A DNA stretch of 59,894 bases, filler included, from Sphacelaria rigidula (GCA_964200075.2; 3 parts of 3 records of this genome joined end to end with filler, not necessarily neighbours in it), one strand, 5' to 3'; numbered from the whole stretch's first letter, positions 24,501 through 39,500 are shown. Notes: generated by a model from the letters alone, not told the origin. Made by a program: numbers and translations.

Positions 24501-27500
24501 GAAAAAACGACTTGGATCCCGTCGGACCCCGCAAAACGGTTGAGAAAGCTCAAAAAGTAGAAAAATCTCGTCCATAGAAGGTTGCGCAATGACATATAGC
24601 ATATTTGTGGAACGTTTCCAGGTCTAACTCCTAATAACGGCGTGAAGGGTTTCGCGTTTGTGGAGGACGTGGACTTGTAACGTGCCACTCCTCACTCCTT
24701 GGTTTTAGTACGAAAACGTCTTTTTGGGTGAATTTTACCTCAAGGCAAGGAAAACTGTATGAGGTTTTCGAGGTTTTCTACCACACTTTGTACTTGTGCT
24801 CCTTCGGTTATCCCGGGACGCATCGTTTTATTTGTTTTTCTTTTGGGGCATTCTACACCGCCTTCCGGGGGTCTTAATATAGGGACCCCCGGAAGCTGGT
24901 AGAGAACGGAGAAACCGTGAAATATTGCCAAAAATACAATTTTTTCATTTGGGGCATCAATACCTACGGAATTGCCAAGTTTGAGGGCGATCTGAGCTTT
25001 TCTTAAACAGATGTAGGGGACACCGTCACGAGGCTCCCTGGGTCTTTCGTGCGTATCATTAGTGGAAATTAGTCGACGCCAGCACCCGACATCACGGAAA
25101 CATCACGGTTTCGGTTATAATTCGACCCCCGTAGTAGCTGTTCTGAAATATGTTTTTTTCGGTAGATTCCCGAGCCGATGACGGTTACTCCGATTTGAAG
25201 CATGTGGAGATGGGGTGGGAATTGGGCTTGGAATTCGTCATTTCGATCTCGGAACGATTTGACGGGCGCTGATGGTCGATATACATTTTGGCCCTTAGCG
25301 CTACCACCATGGCCTTACACACAAATCCGGCTATGTCACGCTCTTCAGCTGTTCCAGGCGGTCAGTATGATATCATGAATGCGACTATTGGGTAGGTATT
25401 GCCAAAGGCATTCGCTGAAAACATAATTTTGGGTGATGAGCGTGAAGCAGCCTGTACTCTGCTCTCAATTGCTTTGCTACAGGGGAAATTCTGTGCATCT
25501 ACTTCCTCCTCCTCTCGACTACTGGTGTATCTCTTTTTTCTTTCTGGCAGGTCCAGACCCCCCACCCGAAATCGCAGATTCAATTGTTTCGCGAAGTCCA
25601 TTGGGCCCTGCGGATATGTTTCCATTCTTATCCCCTCTCTCAACCCCCAGTATATCTTCTGATGCTCTTCCTTGTGTACTTTCCGTCTTAGCGTTCCTTT
25701 TCCTCTCATTTTTATCATGACTCTTACTTTTGGCTCATACCCCCGCATTCTCCTATGGAGATTATCTCGTCTTGGTTTCCTCCCATATTTTTCCATACGT
25801 CTTGATTACGATATCCTACCTTATTCAAGCTTGCGCTTTCGTCATTTTATTCCGTACAGCCCTATCAACTATGGAGGGCAGTCTCTTTCTTGGTATGTTC
25901 CTTACGGTATATTTTATTTAAATTTTCTCGTGTCTCTGTTTGTGTCAAGTGGGTACATTTCCAATTCTGCTGCCAATGATATTCCTCGTCGTTTTCGAGC
26001 ATCCACCTATTTCCTGAGCTGGTGTAATCTGTATTGTTTCCAACTTCTTCACCAACCTCGCGTCCCCCTCTCTTACTTCTCCTGTATGTTTCACCTTTGG
26101 TACAATCACAGTCATCAGGGTACGTCTTTTAATCTGAGTATCCAGGTGCGAGTCTTTTGGGATAACGTCCACCTTGCCTATCTGCGCCATATTCTTTTCT
26201 ATTGCGTGATTTATGGGGGGGGGTGTACTCATGATCTTTTGTGCCATGGTCATATGACCGTTGACCTCGCATTTCTACAAAGTCGGGACGGAGCACGCCG
26301 GGTTTTCGCCGGACCAGGCTCGCAATCGATCACCAAGCGCGAAGCGCCGTTTGGCGAGTCGCATGAAGGATGAGCTGCATCCTGCTAAGATTGTTGGACC
26401 CGTAGCGTACTGATTGTCATGCGCTTGGATGATAGCCTCCGATGCGTTGCTGCACTTTCCGATATCGCCGCTCCCAGAGACAGCCACGGCTTAAACACTG
26501 CCTCATGGGTATCTCACCATTTAATCACTACGTATGACTATCATCCCCTTTGCGTGAAATGGAGGGTCTCCCATCCCGCTTGATATGATCTAGCTTGACC
26601 ACCATGGTTACATGAGAAAAACGGTAGCCTGGTTGCCTATCTTACGCGGTGAGTGGCGTGTTTTACAGCGTCATCGCCAACCTACGTCAACCCCAGAGGG
26701 ATTCCGTCCCTAAAAGCCGGGACGGAGCACGCCAATTCTTCACCAGACCCGGCTACTATGGGGGCGGAGGGGGGGGGCGGGGACAGCAACACTGCAACGG
26801 GAAAAATAGCGACTGATCGTCGCGCATGAAAGCAAAGCGCTGCTTGCTGAAGTACCTGCAGTTTTCCGTTAGACACGCTGCCGCCCTTGAAGCATTTGGT
26901 ATTACCGAAATTCAACTTCTGCCTGTATTTCCCTCGCTTTCCTGGCAGGGCTGTCCGTCAGGTGGGCAATTTCGTTGGTCGAAGGTATCGAGCTGGTGCA
27001 TATTGGAAATGCTACGGCGATTTTGAACCAAGTGAGCGGTTACTTCAGCTCCTGGTATTTTCGTGGAAACGACGTCTACTTGAACATAGACCAATCGGTC
27101 ACGATAATAAAATGTAGCCCCCGACCAATGTTGCGCCAGCTCTCACGTTTGTGTCCAAAAACGGAGCAAAGCTTGTACGCGTTGCCAGGCTTGACCAGCA
27201 AAACAGTTACGACGCCATCCATGGGTTCTTGGAAGAAAGGAGAATGGGGGGGGAAACTATATTCCCTTCAATGTACAAAACTGTTTGCTTCACGTTGACA
27301 CATCAAGAATTTTCCCTTCATCTCTAGACACGACGCCTGTTCTTTGCCCATCCACCTACAATATATGTTGTGGAGAGAGCAATTTCTCCAGTCTTACCTG
27401 AAAACGTTGCTCTCTGTGCACACTTATCACGTGCTCCATCGCAGGCGAACGCCAACAACGAGTTACGCGTAACGTTGCCCAGCTCAACTCTGTCAGAAGG

Positions 27501-30500
27501 GGCAACATACACAATCACATTGAATGCTACTTCCGAGCTGGGAGCATCCTCGCAAGAGAGCGTCAACGTCACCAAGTCGACGCAGGAACTCCCGGTGGTG
27601 AAGGTAGGCGGTGATGCACGGTTCGCGGCGTAAGCGTCTTCGAATCGTGAGCCCATTTGCACACCACTATTAGTGCACGAGGACAAGGGACGTCCTAAGT
27701 TCGTCCCGTACACTAAGGCAGAATTATTATACACGAATATTATTGGGTGGACCTTGAGTTGACATGTGTGACGAACACTTGGGTGCCATCAAGTAGCATT
27801 ACGCCCTGTATTATTGATCGATCGCTAGCTGTAAGAGATCCCCCAGGAGTCATGGTCCAGCCGTGGTCACTGTCCACATGATAGACGTTCCCGAGACAGA
27901 ACAAAACTAAAACACTCGCTGAAGGAAAATAAAGAAGAAACAGCAAAGGTGGAATAGACAAACAGAGTGAACTGAGAAAAAAACAAATAACGAATAAACA
28001 AGGACGGAAGAAAAAGGGGGGGGGGGGGGAATGCGAATGGTCGACCTCTGCCGCATGTCTTCGGTGGAGAAGGTCTTGAGTAGAAATCACGCTCACTCTC
28101 AATCGTCGATAACGAAAGACCGTGGGAAAATATTCCGGATCATCTGCGACGACCTCACTGAATTGGGTACGAAACTCCTCATCCATGGATCCTGTGGAAG
28201 CGAGGCACCAGATTGCTCTGGCATACACCGGCAAGAGAGAACGCAAACATAGAGAAAAAATGGGGGAAGAGAGAACAGAGATGGAGACTACAGATGTGGT
28301 GAAATCCAAACGGTTCAGAACAGCAGAGTATATACAAACACACACCAGTAGGCACATAGAACCACCGACCAAGGACAAATAACTGATTGGGGCAGGATTC
28401 TCCGATTGGCGGCCCTCAACGCAGTAGCCTTTCTTTGTATAACGGCGATCCGATTCTCATTTGTCTTCGCTTCGCCACGTGTCCTCAACGCCCCGTTCTC
28501 GACTCCAAGATACCATTTGCCCATGTTTTTCGCCGCAGTGATCGAATCGTATGCGTCGTTAACCTCTACACCGTACGTGAACCATTTCTGTCGCGCTCCC
28601 TTGTGCGGGACAGCCCCTAGCGCACGCAGATCCTCGTGGAGGGTTTCCTCCTGGATTTTGGGGGGGCAGGCAGCCCCCATGGGCCCTCGTGCGGTTAGCC
28701 GTTCGTACATGATGTGTTTAGGAAGGCGTGTTTCCTTCTGCCGGGCAAGGCCTCCCGCGAACCAGAGTTGACGTATGCGGATAGTGGTCTCGATACGTTC
28801 GCAGTTGATCATCTCGAGCACAGCTCAGTGCGAAAAGAGTTTTGTCGCCATTTCGATCTTTGCTGCGGAATCCAACCACTCGTAGCAAACGCTTTTGACG
28901 GGCCGTGCGCAGACTGTAGAAGTCCTCAGAATGTAACTTCCATGTGGCAGATCCGCACAACAGAGTGTCCATCACCTTCGCTGTAAGCAGCCGGACGTTC
29001 AACGATAGCTGGGTGTTGGGTCGATCATGGAGGTGGGAACTATATTGTCGGAGGCGTGCCCACGCTGCGCTGATGCGGCGGTTAAATTTGGAGGTCATTT
29101 TCGCATCCACGCTGACAGCACCACCAAGATAGACGAACATGGCCATCCGCTTATACCGCTAACCGGCCGCTTGACGTGTAGCGCGGCCTCTGTGGAACTG
29201 GATACTGACCACAGGCGCAGGGACTCTGTCTTGCTCTGCGATACCGCCAGTCCGAACTCCTTGCAGATCACCACTACCACGACCATCATTCAAGCAAGAC
29301 CGTCTGAGGTCCTCGAGATTATGCCCGTGTCATCCGCATAAAGCATGGTCGATAACGCGCACCGTACGATCTCAGGTGTTCACCACCATCACCTCTTGGC
29401 ACATCATGTAGGGAAACCAAGTCTGGGACGATAGCTAGGTCCGCCGCGAATGGCTGTACGATCACGTCGACCTAGGCTACACCGAAGATGTTGAACAACG
29501 GCGGGGACGAGAAACAATCTCATCTGAGTCCCCGGCAGACGTGGACTCATGCCGATAGTCCGCCGCCATCTACCTATACCCGAGCTTACATGCCGCCGTG
29601 AATCATACGGATGATCGTGATCCTTCGCGGCGGGACAGCGAATCAAGCAAGTACTCCCCACAGAAGCGTGCGGTCTACGGAATGGTGGGCTTTCTGCAGG
29701 TCGATAAAGCACGTGCTTAGTGGGGCATTGCTCGCCCGTCCCAATTTCTGTAGTCAGCGTACTTCGAACATCATATCGATGGCCGATTATTGGCGCCAAA
29801 ACCCGCACTGCTCTTCCGGGAAAATAACTGTTTCCTCACAGGAATGGCGGAACCTGTCGACTACGATTTTGAGGAGAACTTTAGCAGCATGTGCCACGTA
29901 TGTGCTGTCCCTGTCGTTACCACACTCGGTCATATTCTCCTTCCTGTGTAGCACTTTGAGGTTGACAGTTTTTCACTCGCACGGCACCTTACCAGATGTC
30001 CAGACCGCAGCGACGATACCGTGGACGTGGTACAGAATCTCCGACACCTCCCCGCTCAGTTCAAGCTCCAGGAGTTTAGCAGAGGCACACCATCCGGACA
30101 AGTCGCTTTGCTGTCCGACGTGGCTGCCAGAGCCTTCTCAGTCTGACTCGGGCTTGGTGGGTCTCCTAGTGACAGCGCTATCGGTTGTTGCGCAATGTGC
30201 TCGATGACGGCTCGGTCGATGGTTGCTGATATGGAGTTCAGCAATGTGAAGACGTAACGTTCCCATCTCTCATTGATCGTGCCTTTGTTTATCAGTACAT
30301 TTCCGTCCTCTTCTCGCATGCCCTGCTCATTCTCGATTTGCCGTCTCGACAGTCTCCACCCTCCTTTGAGGTATCTATACCACTCTCTCATGTCTTCCAC
30401 TCGAGTATACTCCTCCAACTCTCTAGCATACATATCCACGTACCTGTCTACCCCAACTTGGATCACCTCTTTGATCTTTGCACGCTGCTCGCAATGTGCG

Positions 30501-33500
30501 CCATACGGGTTTATCTCGGGATGACCCCAGTCGCACCTTCAATCGCGCCCTTTCCTTATTATTCCAGGCCTGTTCCAACTCCGTTCGGATTACAATACCC
30601 TCGAACCACCTCGGTAAACGTGGCTTCCGGGTCAGACGGGGTACCATCTTTTCAGCGGCAGTCAGGAGTACCTCGGCAATATTGGCAATACGATGAGCTT
30701 TCAAAAACGTCTGAGTGCCTCTCGTTGTGTTATCGACGAAAAGTCCCATCTGAAAACAGTTTAGAACGTACCCCGTATGCACATCTCGGACTAGTATACA
30801 CATGTCGCACAGATGGGCACGTGAGACGTACTTGCGCATCATCTGCACGCATCAGTTGTACAATCTATACAGTAGTCAAACGTTCGAAACACATTTTCGA
30901 TTGGAAGCGGGTTTTCCCGTTTTTTTCGGTCACCACGACTTCTTATGGTTTCTGCTTAAGCTCAAACTTTGGTTTTAGAGAGATATGAGTCCCTGGCTCA
31001 AGTTTTGAGAATAATCTATCCTCTCAGACCGAGTTTTGAACGAGATACGGGCTCACCGGTCTTCGAGGGTCCTACGAGTGCACAGCCCCCGCTTCTCGCT
31101 CTTTGTTATTTTCTCTCGACGGAACCGACCCGGATCGTTACAATAAATTACTGTTTGCCTCCATTTTCTGAATTTCTTCCATATTCATGGCGCTACAGCC
31201 GAAAAACCGCGTTTCTGAGCCATATGTGGTCAGTCAACAATATCCTGTCGATCACCAGGGTTTGCTTCATCGTTCCGACAACATAAAATCGGGAAGTGGA
31301 TCCCGAAGATGACCTGCATCTTTTTCCAACGCTTACCGGCTCTCCAAATCTCGAGTGGAGATGACAAATCGTCTGCAAAAAACTCCCGGTTTAGTGAATA
31401 CCATATTTAAGTTCGACTGCTGTATCATTGACTTGATCTGGTTTATTATCTCTTATCCCCAATTCGCACAGTATGGAGAGGTACATATATTTCACCCGTG
31501 ATCCGTGCGAACCACTTCGACCGGTAAGTGTGTGCTCCTGGGTACGTGGTACCTTATCTTATTCACGCGCGCGTTCCTTGGGGTTATAGGTGCTGGGACC
31601 GTCTATTCTACAGCACCCGAGGGGGCGGCCTCTTGTCGTGAACAGCCAGACCAGCGCATCGTCATGTGCTACTTCCTCGAATGAGGCTGCGTATTCTTGG
31701 AGATGTTCGTCGTCTAGCGCCATCAGTAACGCATCTGTGTCGACAGCGGAACTCCTCGATGTTCTTCTAGACGAAGCCCGGAATCCGAGGATTGCTTCTT
31801 TGCCTTCATTTTCGCTTGGATATGCCGGTAGTGCCTACACGCTCCAGCTCGGCGTTACTGTTGGTGAAACAAGGTCTACCGCGAATATCACAGGTTTGCT
31901 CATCCCCCGGCAGTCAAAGTTAGCCTGAATCTGAGTAGGGGAACACATATGATGGGATTAGCTGACTGGGTCATTCATGTTTTCAACGAATAATGTCGAT
32001 CAGCCGTCTACGAGTTGCATGTACTGCCGTTGTCGTGTAACCGGCAAGAACGTTTGTGTTGAGCATTGAAATTTCATCATTGAGACTGCGTCTATTGTTT
32101 GTCACAGACAAATTTCCTCTACTACCGGCGCACCAATACGCCCCGTAAAAATTTCGATGTGCTGCAGTCGAGGTCATCGCCGGCTCTATCGTCGCAGCCA
32201 TTGACGGGGGTACAAGGCGTACCATCGGCTCCTCACAGGTACATGCAGTATGCCAACGATGGTTTGTTTCGTGGTTTTGTACCACCAAGGTCTATCTTGT
32301 AAACTGCAACGGGAGTACAGCTCATGTAGCTGACTGGCTACACGAAGCGATTTCTTACAAGAGCATAATGTGGATATCAGGACCGTGCTGTATTCGTGGA
32401 GTATGTGCGATTTCTGCCTACCGCACGATGCCAGTCGACAGAGAATCGATGCTTCCGATTTTTGTGACAAAGCCGTAACGTGCTAGCTGCCACTTCGATG
32501 CAAAATGTTATCGTTAATTGCCCCTGTAGCGTGTTCGTGGTACTGGTTTGAGAACGATGGAATTTTCATGCACTACGACCAGTCAAGCAATGATCCTTGT
32601 GAGTCACAACGTGACTGAGGCCATGATGCATACGCGCGTTTCCGCCTCTAGGCACTCATTCTGAACGCGTCATCATCAATTGACGAGGATGACGTTGATC
32701 TTCTGCCATTCACGTTCGAGTGGAAATGCGCTGATCCGGACGGAGGGACATGCGCTAGTCCGAATGGATACACTTTAGATGTTGACCACTTTGCGGACGG
32801 CGAGAGGTTGGCTATTCCAGCGGGAAATCTCACCGTCGGTACGCTGAAAAGTCTTCGCATTCTCCACAGTTCGTCTCTCGCGCGGTCCTGAAGCACATGC
32901 ATACCGGTTGACCACTATCTAACTGTGAGTAGCATGGCTCGACCGGTACCATACGGAGATTCACGATGAGGTTCCTGTAGGTTACCCCGTCGCAGGTGTA
33001 TGATTGCCGAGTGTGACGTATTCACTAGAGTTCCTTGCGGGAGTAAATGTGTACCCTATACATTGAGCAGGTGACAACTCGTCATGTATTTTGGTTGATT
33101 GATTGATTGATTGATTATCTCGCATTAGCTGATTGCAACAATCCAGCCCGTGGTCAGGAGCGGCAAAAATAAAGCATAATAATAAAAATACTAAAAATAC
33201 TAAAAATAAAGAAAGGAGCAGAAAAAACGACAGAAGCAACGGCCTCAGAAAGGAAAGAAAGGGGGCAGCGATAACAACAAAAAAGGTTACTGCCGCACTA
33301 CTCACAATACATCAGGAGCGGAGTATGTTTTCGATGTCTACGCGTATAAGGGATACAGCGGCGAGGCCGGGTGGAGGGAGCTCCGAGGCGACAACGCAAC
33401 GTGTAGCGTTTCCGTGTCCGCGTCGTCTGTCCCACACGTGGCCGTGTGGCCAAAGGTGCGATGCACATAGCAGAATGTGCTCACCAGGGACCGTTCCAAA

Positions 33501-36500
33501 GTAAAGCTGATGTTCAGGAGCGCCCGTGTAAACAACACGAAATAAAATTTGGGGCGCGGTCATGAGTGGATGGTCGAGAATTTTGATTGAGTGATGGATT
33601 GATAGTCGCACTTTAATTGACCCCCCAGGGGTCCAGCCGTGGTCGCATGATAGAAGACGTACCCAAGAAAAGCAAAACTGAAACAATCGCTGAAGAGAAG
33701 AAGCAACAGGAAAAAGTCGAACTGAAAGACAGAGTAGACTATGACGTAAGATAAAAAGAATAATGATCAAAAGTCAACAAAAGCAAAGCACAGAAAGAAA
33801 TGACCAACCTAAAACAAAAGAAAGGAGAAATATGGGAAAGAAAGGAGCAAAACGAATAAACAATGAAGAATAACATAATGAAAAAGAGGGAAAAGCCCAA
33901 GGAATTCAGGGCAGCAGAGTAGATACAGACGCACACCAGTGGGCACCGCAGAGCCACCAACTAAGGACATAATCAACAACCGATATGAGAGACAGGATTC
34001 TTCGACCAGCAGCCCTTGACGCAGCAGCCTCTCGCCTGCGACGATTTTTCTTTGGCACGTCCATCACGGTACTGGCCTTGCTTGTTGATCTCGCGGGGAG
34101 GGTGCAGCCTTCCCATCCCGCGTCGGCCGCTATCTGCAGTCCGCCGAATCTGATACTTACTTACACGTGCCTCATCTCCATCAACGTGCTTTCTGTGACA
34201 GTGTCTCAACACCGGGTAAAACGCTGCAGCTGCACGGTTCAATTTGGTTCCCATTCTAGGGTAAAACTCCGAAGCTGCAGGGTTGAGCCTGGACGTTAGC
34301 ACCGTCGGCATGACGCACTACCTAGACTACTCCGGAGTATCGATTGAATGAGGAGTGAATTCACCGCAAGTGCTTTGCCACTGCTCTGTGCCAGATGCAT
34401 ACGGCGTATATTTCATGACTCCCCACTTATCATGATTTCACAACTCAGTGTTGAAGAAGTAAGGACATTGTCTAGAACGATAAGCATGAGACTTTACCAG
34501 AACGGTATATAACGGAATAGTGAAAGTTCAACGTTCACCATGAGATTGCCATTGCATTCCCAAGAGCTTGCGGCCGCAAACAAAACGCACATGTTGACTT
34601 TCCGTTGAAGTGTGTGCTTGAATCGCATTACTCTGTGTATCGTTGTTCTTTCTTCAGGAAATCCTCCGCAAATACAACCCGTCATCACAGCTGGTTTTGT
34701 ACGGGTGTGCTTCAACGTCGGCAGAGAGCGTGTGCAGCTCTAGCATCTTCTCGGGGTTCGAATTCGAGTGGACAGACGTAAGAATCTGTGTCGTGTCTGA
34801 CTGCCGTGCATCATAAAAGGTCTTCTGCGTTACGATATTTGTCCAATGCCTAATTGTACTGCATAGCATGCTGAGGCCGAGGAACACATTTCTCGCTTCC
34901 TTCCGCTATTATTCTGCTGAATATGGTCTCGTAGCGTTCAGATAGGGGGAATGTTGTACGCAGAGAGATACGAGCATGAAGGCGTCGTATTGAAATATTT
35001 GCACACCCCACCGATGATGTACTCAACATACCATCAGGTGGAAGGCACTATCGACCTCACCGGCGGGTGGGAGCACGTGTTCAGCACCGCCGTTGACTCC
35101 CCAATTCTGGTGGCACGGGCTGGAACTCTTGCCCCCGGTCGCTCGTATACTTTTACGCTCACAGCAAGTGACACATTCGGAAGCATGGGATACGCCGGTG
35201 ACGTATACATTCGGGAGCTTCAGTCCCATTCTCTGTCTGCACAAAATTCCCACGAGTGCTAGGACGGTGATGAGTGGTGAAGTTCCATCGTGTATACGAC
35301 GCGCACTTATGTCCCACAACTACCACAGTAGATCTGAATCACTACGTGTGATACACGAGAACAAACGACCAAAGCTATGCTGTAACAGTCAAGCGTTAGA
35401 GATTGGTGGGACGTGTTTCGCGCTCAATTCCACATTTTTCTCCTTGCAAACGATTGCCCAGATATTACCATCGATACGAACGCTCCTCCAGTCGGCGGAT
35501 ACATTGCGTGTGATCGTTCATCTATCGTTGCCGGAGTGGACGAGGTCCTTCTTCACAGCATAGGCTGGACGGACGACTACGAAGATCTGCCGATTATGCA
35601 CTCCTTCGGCTATGTTCATGGGTACCGGGAAGTGACTTCGATCGCAAGGTGATGATTCATGTTGTTACCGCCTGGAATCGATTCTTGTTGCCATGCTGAC
35701 CAGCCTGACAAGCAGCACGTGGTGCGCAATACTCTGCCCTGCGTACGGCTTGATCGGGTAACTCGAACAATGGCGGCGAGGAACTACGCACTTGCATCAC
35801 CCACAGATGCTCTAACAACTCTTGATGTGTCGGAACAAATACGAAGCTATCGTGGTTGCATTCAGCCTGAGTATCCGGGTTAATGGTATAACCGCGTGCC
35901 GGTCTCTTTGCGGTCTTCCCCATGTAGTGCATCGACTGAAGTCACCAAGATTTCAACGGGGTGGTCACCGTCATCCCTTCTGAGCACCCACGTCCCGCCC
36001 GGGCTAGCCTCAGACAACTACAACATCACTGTCGCGGTCTTCGTGAGCGATGTCCTTGGATCAAGAGCGGTCACAAGCCTCGGGGAGGACGGGTGGCCCA
36101 TTACAGTTGTTTCGACGCCACCAACAGAGGTGGAATGATGTGTTGAAGATGCATCTTACTTTGAGCGCCGCCCGTTCATATTTACGTGCGTGCACAGTAC
36201 ACATGGAAATAGGCACCAGGGCATAACGTTGACGTTCGTTGCAAAGCCATTTTTTGGGCATACGTATTTTGACCATCATTCGTACGGACGTTTAGCATAT
36301 AATAGTACTCTGCGATTCTACCTGAAGTAAAACTTTACCGCTGCCTCAGCACGATCACGCACATTCCTCTGGACCGCATCTGTGCTTTCAACGACAGGAC
36401 GCCGCGTTTGCGGTGGCACTCAATCTGTCCGCGGGCCTTGCAGCGGGGGGCGATACAGTCACCGATCCAGAGGATGCCTTGAGACGTGCGCATGTCGCGA

Positions 36501-36562
36501 GTAACTTGCTGGCAAATGCCAGTTTGTCCACCTTGGATCAAACAGATATTATCGACCTACAG
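21583..36562 (+). CDS. REJ/PKD-like domain extracellular protein, internal part. Exons 21583-21672, 21893-21966, 22177-22326, 22528-22632, 23082-23232, 26949-27031, 27445-27603, 31590-31893, 32168-32238, 32652-32838, 33316-33455, 34658-34777, 35038-35197, 35462-35648, 35928-36129, 36398-36562
   Basis: Sixteen GT-AG exons, all phase-compatible, total 2348 nt = 2 + 782 codons with no stop. REJ-type motifs: AAIDGG.RR.IG..ALILNASSSIDED..FTFEWKC, LAPGRSYTFTLTA, TNAPPVGG, GWTDDYEDLP, ITVAVFVSDVLGS. Many N-x-S/T sequons. Confidence 0.88.
23690..23940 (-). mobile_element. LINE family A 3' fragment
   Basis: Reverse complement aligns with ~20790-21100 (e.g. CCCTTTCGAG, CTATCTCCCAGTATA, AATGCATCAAACGATT). 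Confidence 0.75.
24020..24730 (+). repeat. Diverged ~400-bp tandem duplication
   Basis: TCGGACCCC.(.)AAAACGGT, GTTGCG..(.)TGA..ATAGCA, GGTCTAACT..ACGGCGTGA and AGTACGAAAACG each occur twice, ~390-410 nt apart. Confidence 0.75.
25440..26220 (-). mobile_element. LINE family A fragment
   Basis: ORFs 25945-26253 (IVPKVKHTGEVREG...LETIQ) and 25362-25796 (GKGTLRRKV...LRFRVGGLDLPERK) are homologous to 20027-20760. Confidence 0.8.
27810..31400 (-). mobile_element. RTE-like LINE (family B), degenerate near-full pol region, intronic
   Basis: RT motif MLYADDTG with YADD at 29340-29329, followed by KEFGLAVSQSKTE, FVYLGGAV...NRRISAAW and RQLWFAG.LARQKETRLPKHIMY. Upstream linker (INERWERY...DPPS). Many stops and frameshifts. 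Confidence 0.85.
33580..34290 (-). mobile_element. LINE family B 3' fragment (a second short 3' end lies at ~33096-33300)
   Basis: 33900-34010 matches 28310-28410 (CAGCAGAGTAGATACAGACGCACACCAGT...). Shared terminal motif TCCAGCCGTGGTC and (GATT)n-like tails. Confidence 0.7.
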
Positions 36563-39500
36563 GTGCGATGTCGGCGTACTATCTTCAAGTACACGTGAGG
36601 TCGACCTGTAGCTCATGTATTACCAGCGTTGGCAGGCTGGAGCGTACTGTCTTGACTGGTAGTCAGTCCACGATAGGTTCATGCGTGGTGGGATGGCTCT
36701 TGTGCAGGAGTCCTGGGCAAAGATCGGCCAATACTACACTCGTTGCCATTGCTCTCCTGCTCTGGGTGCCACAAGTTCCGTAATATGCTCGGGCAATTAT
36801 TTTACCGGACGCACGTTTCAAGTCGTTGCAAGTACAGCAGGTATATATCCAGCGGAAATCAATAGTATCTACCTGCGACATGTCTCCCCAAATGGCATGG
36901 GAACATACCTTTCCCTTCCCCCCTCCGACTGTAGCCACGACTCATGAGCATTTTGGCCAATACATAGCTGCCAGCAGGATATTCATTATGGTGCATGCCC
37001 TGGACAATAGAACACACGGTCAAAACGTGCACTGTGTACAGTATCGACTGTTGCACCGATTGCAACAGGCAACAGGTTCATTGCTGTACGCAGTGCATAT
37101 TTCGAAAATATATTCTTTTGTCCAGGGTTTGATACGGTGCACCATATGCTACTGTGCGCAATGTAGGTATATATATATATATATATAAATATTAACAATC
37201 TAAGCTCGGGAATTGTTATTTACGGCGACAATTGTACTATCTGGACCACGACGCGAGTGTGCTGTATTCAACCTTAAATTTAATGAGCGGTGTAGCAAAA
37301 CGTGATGCACCCGGTAATGATGCTGGTGCAATGCCTGTACTGCACTGCAGTGTACTGAAACGACATTGCGCCAACATAGATGCACGTTATAAAATACCCA
37401 GTGTTTTGAAGAACCTGAAACATGAATTGTGCTGTCCAAGACACTATGCTGTACAGTACTGTTCACATATGGCGCAGGAGGCCTAATTTACAATCCATAA
37501 ACATCGTGTACTAGGTGAGCCTCTGACATAATCGGATGCCTCATGCATGGGGTGTATCGTCGAGGAAAGCTGTAGGCCGGTCATGGCCAGTAAGAACAAG
37601 AATCATGTATGAAATTCACCCATAAAAGACACTCAAAATATACCCTCCATAATAGACACACACACACACTCAAAACACCCACTTGTGCACACTGAAAAAG
37701 GTGGGGGGTTTACTCTTGAGGAAATCCCTCATACAAAAATGACACGTCATAACCCCATCTCTTCGCCAAACGACAAAGCGTGTGCCCCCCTCAGATATCT
37801 ACTGCAACCATCATATCGGATATAGCTGAAATAGCAGAACTAATCTCTTATTCGCATTTCCCCTGTACGTCATCATCCGATCTCAATATCCATTCCCCTT
37901 GCATCCAGGCATGTGTACAGTTACAATCCTTGAGCGTGAGTATATTCTATTAGCCTCCCTGCTTACGGCTCTACGACTGATAGTTTGTCCTGAATACAAA
38001 ATGTCTCATTCTGGAAACGGAAACATATCTCGTGTTCCCTCAAACATGAATCCGACACTATGTTGCCAAGAACTGAAAAAAAAACTGATCCCGTCAGGAA
38101 AATACCTTTCTAGCCATGCATAGACGTCGCAAACTCGCCTACTTTAGCAATCGAAAGCTGAAATCCTGAATCTATTCAGTTCTTCGTAACCTATCCTTGC
38201 TTCGTTTCAACAACCATTTGCGTCAGTTAGTACATTATAATAATTAGATGTATGAATGTCGATCTCAATCATTCTCTATTTCCCAGATTTTTCTTGAAAC
38301 AACCAAAAATCACAGATAAATGCACGGTGGAAACTCTTGTCATACTCCTCAAATACCATGATGACATTCGAGAAACACACTCAATCTTCCGATACTCGAA
38401 TCTGTCAAGAACGCATTGCTCACACACTAATAAGATGCTGTTGTCTATGTGAAATGCGATTCAACATACCGTCTGCAACACAGTCTACATCAGGCAAGTG
38501 TCTACAGTAAACATGTACAATGATGTTCGCATGGTAACCCTGCATCCATACTCAAACCACAAATCATACCCGTGATTTCATTCCACCGAAAAAAAACAAT
38601 CCTCGACATATAACACAAAATAAACACTGCAAAATGAAAACTTGCAGTCGTGGCGTGTATACCTTTTCTCCTCGAGTTCGAGAACATGATTCATTTTCAA
38701 ATCGGATCAATTCAAATCGAAACTCTAAAACAAGAGTTATGCTCGAATACAGAGCTTTCCTACTTGCACGGGTGGTCACTGGGGTGCCTATAACCTCAAA
38801 CTTGGACGTTGCAGACCTTGTGCAACGTCTGTAACGTCCAAATGAGGTTGCAGGCACCCTAGTGGCCACCCGCGTGTCCCATCATAAGACCACAAAAACC
38901 TGCTTCTGTTTGTACCACTCTGTATCCTAGGGTTAGCCTCCCTGATGTCGACCGTCTATCAACTGCCTGGAATAGTTTTTATAATCTACATCAGTGAGCA
39001 CTTGCAAGCTTGGATCCCTACATGTTCCAACATGAAAAACATCTCCTCCGAACCTCGTTGACTTCATAGACCTTAGAATACCCAGAGAAGAATAATGTAC
39101 CAGTACACTCGTTTATCTCACAACGACTTGTACTGCGTATGTCCTATCAGGGAGGAACTGCGGCTTCCCCGTCCCCCCGTGAGGTATGAAAGAAGGAAAG
39201 CAGAGTTTCTGGGAGTGCATGTAACGCTCACGGGGGGACACAGAGTTTCTCGTGTATGAAAATCCCCGTTTTCCTACCTGCAAACAGTTTCATACCCTTT
39301 GTTGTCTAATAAGAACGTTAAACAGTCGATTTGTGTTCCGTACTGTACTGATTGGCGGATGCCAATGGCAGCAAAGTTTGGTGGTGCTGTTCGACAGTAT
39401 CTTCGAACGTTTGATCTGACCCAAAGTGGACACTTTTCCTCGGGTAAGAAGAGCCATTTCAACGATCTGGACGTAGTTTCGAAAACCGAACTGTTTTGCT

